This document shows positions 34,091 to 44,800 of a stretch of DNA of 54,428 bases, piece by piece. The DNA comes from a virus: the IMG/VR virus record IMGVR_UViG_3300047173_000017. The stretch is one strand, 5' to 3'. Under the pieces are notes generated by a model. That model saw only the letters and a program-made list of their open reading frames with translations, was not told the origin of the DNA and did no database searches. Position numbers and translations under genes: made by a program. Each line of letters starts with the position of its first letter. The stretch's first letter is position 1.

Positions 34091-35869
34091 ATGCCTTACG
34101 GGATGATGGGCGGTCTTGGAGGTTCGGGCTATCAATCGCCTGGTGCGTCTGTGCTCAGCGGCATGGAAGCCGGAGCGAATTTCATCTGGCAAGCGCAGGA
34201 CCGGCTTCAGCGCGCGCAGGATATCCAGTACGAACACGATCGCCAGAATCGGCTCGACGCGATGCGGCAGTCAGAGTTCGACATGCAGCAGCAAGCGATG
34301 CAGGACAAGCAGCAGCAAGCGCACGCGGAAATGGCGCTGCAAGCAGTCCATTCGCAGCAGGACGAGCTGAGCAAGAACATGGTTGCCGATACCGCCAACT
34401 GGGGCGGCGATGGCGTCAGCGCGTCGTCGATCGCCGATCCGATCCAGCAACAGGCGTGGGTGAAAAAGTGGGCGCCGCAGGTCGGCGACATCAACCAGCA
34501 GCTGCAGGGGATTCGGCAGGCCGCGTTCGCGCCGTACATGCGAGATCAACAGAAGTGGGCCGCGGAGTACGGGAACAAGACGCTGAACAGCGGCAACCTG
34601 GATCTGTCGCAGCCTGGCGCCGCGCAGGATTTCAACAGGTACGTCGGGCTGACTACGCACCTGGACCCGCACCTATTCTTGCGCGAAGCAGACGGAACCT
34701 CCGAGGTCGGCCGCGCCATTGACGATGTCACCTACGCGATCAAGAACCCGAACGAGCCCGACGCAAAATCCAGGTACGCGAGCGGCTGGCAGACCCTTGC
34801 CGGCCCGCAAGCGAACACCGGCCTGGGACAGACGACGGCGGGCGGCGCGATAAAGACCGGCCAGGCAATCGACCAGGACAAGCCCGTGGTCCCGACGGCC
34901 GACGGGCAGGCCGCGCACCCGGTCGTCACCGTCAACGCGATGGACCCGAACACGGGCGAAGAGCATGTGCACGGCGCGCAGCCGATGCTTCAGGACGGGT
35001 TCCTGCACCCGGACAACCAGGGCCTGGTGGCGGTAACTCCCGACAAGCAGGCCGACACGCTGCAGCGGTTGAAAGCACTTGAGCTGGCGGCGAACGCAAA
35101 CCCGCAGGTTCGCAAGGCGCTGGCTGACGCAGCGCAGACGCAGGACCCGGCGCTGTGGAATTATCAGGCGATGGTCGGGTATCTCGGCGTGCCCAAGCGC
35201 GACGACCAGGATCAGACCGTGTTCAAGGAACTCGCCGATCCGGCCAACCCTGGCAAGAACGTCGTCAAGATGTTCACGTACAACCGGCAGGGCGTGCTGG
35301 TGCGAGAGCCTGTTCCGGTCGGGGCGCCGGCGACGAAGCGCACTGCGCTGCAGGAAGAGCTCGACGACATCAATACCAACGTATCGGCCGGCCTTTACAC
35401 GCCAGAGCAGGGCAAGGCAATGACGGCCGTGGCGATCTCGAAGGGGTGGAAGAACGCCGCCTACGGGCTGAGCGGCGGCGCCGCACCGGCCGGCGGTGCT
35501 GGCGGCAAGGTCAAAGAGGCAAGTGAAGCGGAGATTAAGGCGGCGCAGGCCGCGGCGGTGGAAGAAGCCGAAGTGCAGGCCGGCATCGGCCACCGCAAGG
35601 TCACGTCGACCGACGCCGATGGCAACCAGGTCATTCAGGACCAGCCCTATCACAAGAGCACCGGGATCGCGCTGACCGGCGACGAGCAGGTCGAGCAGGA
35701 CCGGGCGAACCTGGCGGCGAAGAAATCCGTCGTCGAGCAGGCGCGGCCGGCCGGTATCGCGCCGCACGCGGCTGGTGCTGGCGCGAAGCCGGCGCCGAAG
35801 CTCGGCGCGCCGCCAGCCGCACCGGCCGCTGGACAGCCGCCGCCTCCTGCCGGCTACAAGCCGCTGTAA
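34091..35869 (+). CDS. Internal-virion/ejection-type protein candidate (592 aa)
   Basis: Internal ATG (MPYGMMGGLGG...) of ORF 33770..35869. Gln-rich coiled coil near the N-terminus. Confidence 0.7.
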   Translation: MPYGMMGGLGGSGYQSPGASVLSGMEAGANFIWQAQDRLQRAQDIQYEHDRQNRLDAMRQSEFDMQQQAMQDKQQQAHAEMALQAVHSQQDELSKNMVADTANWGGDGVSASSIADPIQQQAWVKKWAPQVGDINQQLQGIRQAAFAPYMRDQQKWAAEYGNKTLNSGNLDLSQPGAAQDFNRYVGLTTHLDPHLFLREADGTSEVGRAIDDVTYAIKNPNEPDAKSRYASGWQTLAGPQANTGLGQTTAGGAIKTGQAIDQDKPVVPTADGQAAHPVVTVNAMDPNTGEEHVHGAQPMLQDGFLHPDNQGLVAVTPDKQADTLQRLKALELAANANPQVRKALADAAQTQDPALWNYQAMVGYLGVPKRDDQDQTVFKELADPANPGKNVVKMFTYNRQGVLVREPVPVGAPATKRTALQEELDDINTNVSAGLYTPEQGKAMTAVAISKGWKNAAYGLSGGAAPAGGAGGKVKEASEAEIKAAQAAAVEEAEVQAGIGHRKVTSTDADGNQVIQDQPYHKSTGIALTGDEQVEQDRANLAAKKSVVEQARPAGIAPHAAGAGAKPAPKLGAPPAAPAAGQPPPPAGYKPL

Positions 35870-35872
35870 GCC

Positions 35873-38800
35873 GTGGCCGACTGGCAGCGCGTCGACCAGG
35901 TCGCGAAGAACGACGCCGGTCAATACATGGCGCTGGTCGGCGGGCAGTGGCAGCCGGCCGAGGGTGGAGCGAAGAACGACGCCGGGCAGTACATGGCGCT
36001 GCTGTCCGGCGGCGGGATCGACCAGTCCGTGCAGGACCCGCGCGACGCGCAGGCGCAGGGCAAGGCGGGCATCCAGCTGCCGCCGGAGCAGCAGGGCCCC
36101 ACCGAGCAGCCGCAGGGCGCGGTGGGCCTGCAGAACACGCAGCCTGGCTACTTCATGGGCGAGGGCAGCAAGGCGCTTGCCCGCGGCCTGCTCGACGTGA
36201 AGCAGATGCCGCAGGCGATCAAGGTGTTTGCCTCGTCCGAAAACGTTAAGATCGCGCGCGACAAACTGGCCGCGTGGAACCAAATCGACGACGGCACCAC
36301 GCCGCCGCCGGCGCAGCCGCAGCCTGGCGACCCGGAGATCCAAGGAACCGAGGGCCGCACGCAGTCCTGGGAATACGCGCAGGCCACGCCGCAGCAGCGC
36401 ATCGACATGCGCGCGAAGGTCCTCAAGTCCATTTCTGATAACCAGGACGACCAGCGCGCGGCGATCAAGGTCTGGCAGGAGTTCGCCGCCCAGAAGCAGA
36501 AGCTCACCGGCCGGGTTCCGAGCCTGACCGACGTCCACGACGCAACCGACTTTCGGGACTACCTGACGTCGAGCTTGGGCGAAGGTGCGCTGCCGCTGGC
36601 CGCGATGGTCACGGCGTCCGCTATCCCACGGGTGGGGTTCGGCCTGGTGTCGGCGATCATGGCCGGGACGTCTGTTGCCGGCGGCACGGGTGCCGCGCTC
36701 GAGTCGGCACAGACGCCGGCGATGGGTGGGCAGCACGTCGAGGGGCGGTGGGTTCCAGGCCAGGCGGCGACCATCCAGCCGAACGACGCGCAGGCCGTGA
36801 TGGATCAGCGCCGGGCCGGCATCGGCCTTGCCGCCGGCGCCGAGACGGCGATGGGCGCCCTAAGCCCGACGCAGGCCGTGGGGCGCGACGCGCTGGGCGC
36901 GGCGGTGCAGGGCATCAAAAGCACCGTCGGGCGCGTGGCCGCGAAGGCGGGCCTGGGCGCTGCCGACATGGGCGTGCAGAACGTGGCGCAGTACGGGATG
37001 GACACGGCGGCGCAGGGCGAAACTCCGACCCTTGGCGGCGCTGCTGACGCGCTGACGACCGGCATCATCACGGGCGCTGCGATCGCCGGAGCGCACGGCG
37101 CGATGCACGCGCGCAAGGAAAACGCCGCCAGGGTCGCGGCGGACCAGGACGCGCAGATCCGCGCCGCGGCGCAGACCGTCGCCGACCAGGGCGCGGCGCC
37201 GGCGGATCAGATGCGCGCCGCGGCGGGGATGCAGCCAGGGGAAATGCCGGGTGGTCCCGGCGAGCCTCCGGCGCCAGCCGCGCCTGGCGCGCCCGAGGTC
37301 GTCGGTTCCGGCGGGGCGCCTACTGACAAAACCGCCGAAAGCCCTTCCGGCAGTTCTGGCAGTACCCCTCCCGCCCATGTTGACCCTGCGGTGGCGCAGC
37401 TGGAACAGGCGCGCGACCTGGCCAAGAACAGTCCGAGCGAGACGGTGCGCGCCGCGGCGCAGAAGATCATCGACGCGGACGAGCAGCGCAAGGCGGCGTC
37501 GACCGAGGCCGAGCGCCTGGCCGGCGAGGTCGGCCACACGATCGACGCGCTGCGGGACGCGCGCGACGCCGGCAACGAACCGCTGGCCACCGAGCTCGAG
37601 ACGGCGCTGGCCAAGCTGCAGAAGCAGGCCGCGAAGGCGCGCGAGGCGGCGGGCGAGGCGCCACCGAAGGGCGGCATCGAGGTCAAGGAAGGGACGGTCG
37701 AGCATATCGAGGTCCCGCCGGTCGACGAGGAAAAGGTCGGCAACGAGCGCGCCGCAGCGGCGGCGGCAGAGGACAAGGACGAGCGCGAGACGTACTACGG
37801 CACCGACCAGCCGAAGGACGCGCTGACCGGGTCGGACGCCGACCGAGCGGCGTCGCGCGGCCGGTCGCCGCTGCTCAAGGGGTTGCGGGACGCCGGCGGC
37901 ATCCGGACAGACCAGCTCAGCGAGATCGGCCTGGACCGCAAGCGGGCCGACGGCAAGCGGCAGTCCTGGTCGATCGGCCAGGGTCAACCCCTGTTCCACA
38001 AGCAGGGCGCGCTGGCCGACGATTCCCTGGCCGAGCACCTTCACCAGCACGGGTATCTGGCCGACGAGTCGGACGTCGACGGCGCGCATGAAATGGTCCG
38101 GCAGGAGTGGGAGAATCCCGGATCGGTCAAGCCGCTGCGCGAGCGCGACCGCCAGGCCGAGGACGCGCTGGCCGCGCGCTACGACCGGGAGCGCGACCAG
38201 GAGCTTGCCGAAGAGGCTCGAGCCATCGGCATCGACCCGACTGGCCGAACGTCCGAGGATTTGCAGAACGCCGTCATCGCGGCGCATCATGCGGACTGGA
38301 CTCACCTGGCGCAGCACGGTCTGACGCCAGACCACGCTGCCGATTGGGCTGAGGTTCACCGGGCCGCGCACCGCGACCTGGCGGCGACCGAAGAGGCAGG
38401 ACGCCAGTACCCCGCGCATGGCGACGACTTCATGCGGGCAATCAGGGAGATCAACGGTGGGCTGGACTCCGAGCGCGAATCTAATCAGGGCGGCGATCAA
38501 CACCAGTCCGGACCAGGCGGCGAGGCTGGCAAACCAGCAGTACGTGGCGAGTCTGCGGAAGCCGCCGGCGCAGATCGCGGCACCGGGCAAGAGCCAGCAG
38601 ATCGGGCCGGCAATGGTCAACAAGGCCGTGATGCCGGCGAACCCGGCGGCAACGCTCAGGCCGGACCCGAGGTTCCTGACGGGGGGGCTGAACGCCGAAC
38701 AGCGACCGCAGCCCAAGGGCGAGGACCTTTAGACGAAGCGGGCATCCGGCGCTTCGCGCGCGCCGCGCAGGCCGCAGCACAGAAGGCCGGCTTCGATCTC

Positions 38801-41800
38801 AAAGAGTTGTTCCGGAAGGGTTACGTCCGGATCGTCGATTCAAGCAACGCGTCACACCCGCTCGCGTCACACCCTGGGGTGTCGGCGCTTTACGTTCCTC
38901 CGATCCGCGGCGCCGACGGCAAGATGGAGCGCCGCGGCTACGTCGAGATTTACGCCGACCGCGCGGACCCGCAGCGCATCCCTGAATTGATCTTGCATGA
39001 GGTCGGCGACCACCTTGGCCTGCTGGGCCTGGGCCGGGACGGCTACGACAAACTGCTCAACGAGATCCTGGACAACCGCAACGCGCCGGACGTTCAACGA
39101 ACCTGGCGCGAGGTCGCGCAGAATTACCCGGATCTACCCGAGGGCGGCCGCGCGTTCTTGCGCGAGGTATCGGCGCACCTGGCCGAGACGGGCGCGGACC
39201 GCGGCACCACCAGGAAGCTGCTCGACCACGCGCAGGCGATGGCCTACAAGACGCTCGGCATCCGGCTCGGCCGCACCGGCGACCTGGTGCGAGGCCTGGC
39301 CGCGGCGATGGCACGCTCGATCCAGAACAGCCGGTTCGACATCGCGAAGGAACGCATGGCCATTCCCGAGAGGGAAGGCGAGAGCATTCGGATCGCGCGC
39401 GAGGCGAGCGCTGCCGGCCGGGCGGCGTGGGCAGCGGCGAACGGCGGCGCGGCGGCGAAGCAGACCGAAGCCAAGCTGCGCGGCCCGCTGTCGGCCGACC
39501 AGGCTCGAGCGCACCCGAGCATCGGACCCGTGATGGCCGCTGCCGATTCGCTCGGCCTGTCGGCGCTGCACGAAGCGACCGACTTCAACGTGCAAGAGGC
39601 GCACCACGGCGACGATGCGGCGACGGTCCATATCGGCACCGACGGCCGCGTGAAGATCACTCTTTGGGGCGCGCATAACGAGCTGGTGGATTCCGGCGAC
39701 CCGCGCGACCTGTCGCAAGCGCAACGCCTGGTCTATCACGAACTAATGCACGTCATGGATGCGGCGAACCGCGGCGGCATCTACTCGGCGCACCCGGATC
39801 TGTGGATTGATCACAACCGCGCCGGCGACATCGTCGGGATCGGCGACGCGGCGCGCGAGCTCATCCAGCTGTACCGCAACAACGACCTGCTGAACAAGAT
39901 GCTGCACTACCCGCTGCACACCGACTACTCCGGCATGGGACCGACCGAGCTGCCGAAGGAATTGTTCGCTCAAGCACAGACCGCGTATCTCGCGAAAACC
40001 GCCAGGGAGATTATCGAACGTGAAGCACCGAACGCAGCAAGGTATCTCAGGATTGCCCTCGAGCAAGCGCGTGGCGCCAAAGCCCCGCTTACAGAATCCG
40101 ACCGCCAGATTGCCAGGACCGCCTTCGCAGCCGCAACCCGACGCGGAACAGATGAGCGATCCGCAACAGCTGCCGATTCTGGCCGACCCGGCGGCGGCGG
40201 GGATGCCGGGGGTCGACCTGGGTTTGACGGAATAGCAGCGTCGCAGCGCACCGAGCGCGAGCGCGATCCGATCCTCGACGTGCGGCCGGCGCCAATCTGG
40301 AAGTCCGCGCTGCACGACGCTGTCGCGTCGATGCCGGACAAGAAAATGCCGGGCTCGTCCTGGCTGGCCGAGATCAAGGGCCTGGTCAACAAGGGCAAGG
40401 TCAAGGCCGAAGAGCTGCGCTGGGTCGGACTGGACGACGCGTTGAAGGCTGCGCCTGGGAAGCTGTCGCGCGACGACGTGGCGAAGTGGATCGCCGACAA
40501 CGGCGTGAGGCTCGACGAGGTTCGGTACGGCGACACTAGAAGAGAGCAGCGCGATGCCCTCAAGGCTGCTCGCAACCGCGTGCTGGATGTTTTGAAGGAA
40601 GCGCGCGGCTTCATGGAATCCGGCGGCGTCGACCCCGACGAAATGGCGTCCGCGATCGACGCATTGCAGAACCATAAGCCGCAGTCCGGCGTCGACGATC
40701 CGCAGCTGACGAAAGCATACGAGCTTCTTCGCGAGCACGCGCCGCCCGGCTACGACTTCAACACGATCAACGACGCGCACGACGCTCACGCGCGGGCAAT
40801 CGAGGATTGGGACGCCGCGAGGATCGCCGACAGCTCGCAATCGGCCACGCGACACGCTAAGTACACGCTACCAGGCGGCGAGAATTACCGCGAGACGGTG
40901 CTGACGCTGCCGTCGAGAAATGGAGAGGCCATCGCGCGGTTAACACAACAACGTCGCGCTGAGTCGGAAAAAATCCGGGAGGCGCTTATTGCGGTTCGTA
41001 GAAGCAACATCACTCCCAACGAATATGCGGAGATCAAGTTGGCCGCTACCGGCCGGATAGACGAGATTGACCGCAATCTGATCGAGCTCGCGAAGGAATC
41101 GGTCCGTCGTGCAGAACCACACTTCGAGCACAACGGTCACTGGCCGGGCGTCGAGAATCCTGTTGCCCACCTTCGCACGACCGACCGCGTCGACGCCGAA
41201 GGCAAGCGCAACCTGCACGTCGAGGAATTTCAATCTGACTGGGGCGAGCAGGGTCGCAGCAAGGGATTCTCTGACAAGAGCAAGGTCGCCGACGCCGAGC
41301 GCCGCCTTGAAGCGTTTGATGCCGAGACAGAATCCTTGAGGGGCGCGATCCTCGATCAAATGAAAGAGCTTGCGAAGAACGGCCAGCGCGATATCCTTAC
41401 AATGTCTGAGGAAGATAGTCAGCGGTGGCATGACCTGGACAGACAGCAAGCGCACATCACTGACGAGCGGTGGGCGCAGCGCGCACCATTGAATGATGAG
41501 TTGAGTCGCGCCAGAAGCGGCCTTCCGCTCGCCCCGTTCGTCGGGAACACTCAGCACTGGGTCGCGCTGCTGATAAAGCGGGCGATCCGGATGGCCGCAG
41601 AAGGTGGCTACGACCGCGTCACCTGGTCGCGCGGCGATCAGATCAACAACGTCCTTTCTATTTCGAGAGTCGTCAGGAAAATCTCCTGGGACGCTGAACC
41701 GAAGCGCAATCTGCGGCGCGTCGTCATGGACCTGACCCAGTACCGCGATCCGATGGAGCTCGTCGTCGACAACAGGAACGGCGAGATTGCACAGGTCAGC

Positions 41801-44800
41801 GACGATTCTCAAAGTGCCTGGGTCGGCAAAAATCTCAGCGAGGTCGTCGGCAAGGAAATGGCCGACAAGATCATGAGCGACAAGGTCGAATACGGCTCGC
41901 TCGAGGGCGACGGTCTGAAGGTCGGCGGCGAGGGCAACCGCAAGTTCTACGACCAGGTCGTGCCGAACGTCGCGAACGACGTTCTAAAAAAATTCGGCGG
42001 CGGCCGGGTCCGCGATGTCGACTATGGCAACGGGCCGGCGTCGGTCGAGCGGTACAGGGTGTTCTTCGACGATGACGCAGTGAACAACGGCGAGCGCGGC
42101 GGCTGGTATATCGAGGACGAAAACGGACCGCGGGAAAGTAGATTCGTTACCCGCGAAGAGGCGCAGGCACAAGCGAACGAGTACAACGCGGACGAGGACC
42201 AGTCGACGGCGATCGGTCGGCAGCAAGGCTTCGACATCACGCCGGAAATGCGCGCGCAGGCCAGCGAGGCAATGCCGATGTTCTCGAAGCGCGAAGCCCC
42301 TCGAGCGCGCGATCCGATTCTCGACACGCGGCCCGGCACCGACGAGCGAGATCAGAATTTCCGCCGCTGGTCGAACGACGCGCCGATGGTTCGTTCTGCT
42401 GACGCAGACAACTACCCGTTCAAGTCTGGGCAGAAGTTCGTCGCCGAGGCGTTCCACGGAACCAAGCGGCCCGACCGCGTCGGGTCCCGGTTTCGCAAGT
42501 CCCGCGCAACATCCGGGCCGATGTCGTTCTTCACCAGCGACCCGCAGCTCGCGTCCGGCTACGCGGCGAGCAAGAACGACACGTCGTTGCAGCGCGAGGA
42601 CCAGGGTTACGAGACATGGTTTCGCTACAAGCCGAAGGGCGCGCGCACCGCTGTCAACATCGACCGGGCCTGGTATCACCTGGACCGCGAGACGCAGGAC
42701 AAGATCGCGCGGATCGCGCCGACGCTGCATGAGGACGACGACGGCAACCTCGTCTCGACGCCTGGCAAAACGTCGGGCAACGGCGGCTACGACCAGGCGC
42801 TTGCCGAGACGCAACGCGGCTGGGACAAGCGCGGCAACCCGCTGAAGGCGCTGGTCGAGGCGTGGCTAAATTCCGGTTCGATGTTCGACCGCGAGGAAGA
42901 TTTCGGCAAGCTGCTCGAGGCTGCGGGGATGCCGAAGGGCAGCGTGGAAATGCACGACCCGCACGCTCAGTACCCCGCGGTCTACAAGACGTTCGTTCAC
43001 ATGGACCGGCCGCTGGTCACGACCGACATTCCGCCCGAGGTCCGCGATGCGCTGAACACTGCGGCGAAGCGCGACCGATCCAGTCCAGTGCAGGGTGCGA
43101 CCGGGTGGGACAAGGACTCGCAGACCCTGCGCGACTGGGTCCGAGACTTCAACAGCGGCGACGACGCGGCGCGCTACCTCTGGACGTTGATACCGGAAAA
43201 GGTGACGAAGGTCCTGCGCTCGCTCGGCTACGATGGCATCGTCGACCGCAGCGGCAAGGGCGGCGGACCGGAGCATCCGGTCTATATCCCGTTCGACGAG
43301 AATCAGGTCAAGTCCGCGCTCGGCAACAAGGGTACGTTCGACCGCGACTCGTCTGACATCGCAGCGTCGCAGCGCACGCCGAAGGACGACATCGGGCTGA
43401 CCTACCCCGGCGCGAAGATGCCTGGCGGCGGTGGCACGCCACCGCGCCGGCCTGGCGCGCCAGGTCCAGCTGCGACGCCGCCGGGTGGCACGCCACCGCT
43501 CGCGCAGCGCAACCCGTTCTACCGGCGCATCTGGGATTCGCCTTTCTTGCAGAAGGCGCGCGACCTTGCCGGCAATATCTTCCGCGACATCCAATCGAAA
43601 ACTTCGCCGATGACCGCCACGTCGACGAAGGAATTTCAGGCGATGGCCAAGGACTACGCCAACGCGATGCGCCAGGGCCGGCAGAAGTTCGCCGAGTGGT
43701 TCGACATCCTCAACCGGAATTACAACGCCGACCAGCTCAGGAGAATGTGGGAAGCCGGCGACGAAGAAAACGACATGCGCCGCGAGCAGCGGCTGAACGG
43801 CACGCCACTCGATCCGAGCAAGGGCCTGGCGTCGTTGCCGAAGGACCAGCGCGACGTGATGGATTTCATGTCGGCCTACGGCACGAAGCTGCTGGCCGAG
43901 GCGAAAGCACTCGGCATGTACGAAGGCGAGGGCGTCGACTACTGGGTCCCGCGCACCGCGGCGCGCATCGGCGCTGACGGCGACTACGAACCTCTGCTGC
44001 CCGGAGCTCGAGGCGAGGGTGGCGGATCGCCGCGCACGAAGTCCAAGAACCTGACCGGCCGCAATTGGGACACGACGGCCGAGGCGGAAGCCGCGCTGCA
44101 GGGACGCGAGGGCACGGGGGCGAAGTTCATTCGGGACATCCGCACGATGCCGCTGGCCATGCGCCGCCTCGAGGAAGCAATCGCCGGCCGGCGCCTGGTC
44201 GATAGGGTGCTCGAGGAATCGCAGAAGATGGCGCTTGACCCTGCCGCGTTCGTGCCGGCGAGCGACCATCCGGCGTTCAAGGTCTACCAGGCGGACATCA
44301 ACGACCCGACCGCGCCGTGGAAGGTCACGACGATGCGGATTCCCAAGGAAGCGAAGGGCCCGCTCGACGCCGTGCTGTCGAAGGCGCCAGGGGATGCCTA
44401 CAAGGGGCTGCTGGCCCTGAAGAATTGGGGCGTGGGCAACATCATGTTCAGCCCATTCATCCACTTGGGCGTCGAGCTGGGTCGTGCTGCGCCGGTCATG
44501 CGCGGCAAGATGCTGACGCTCGGTTTCTGGAAGGACGGTGCCGCGATGCTGCGGAACCCGGACCTGCTGCGCCAGGCGATCGGCGAGGGGTACGTGAAGA
44601 TCGGCCGGCAGAACCTGTCCGAAGATATGTCCTCGATGGAGCGCGAACCGGAGCTGCATCCAGGCCGAGGTCTGACGGCGCAAGTCGCCGGCCTGGCCGC
44701 TCGGCCGTTCGGCAAGAACGCGCGCCAGGCCGCGATGCGCGGGGTCGACCGGATCGGCGACTTCGTGCACGGCACGTTGCTGTGGGACCGGATCGCCCAG

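Noticed and set aside
38985-39010. Second metallopeptidase motif LILHEVGDHLG in the giant protein
   Set aside because: It reads HExxxH rather than HExxH. Without fold evidence it is probably fortuitous.
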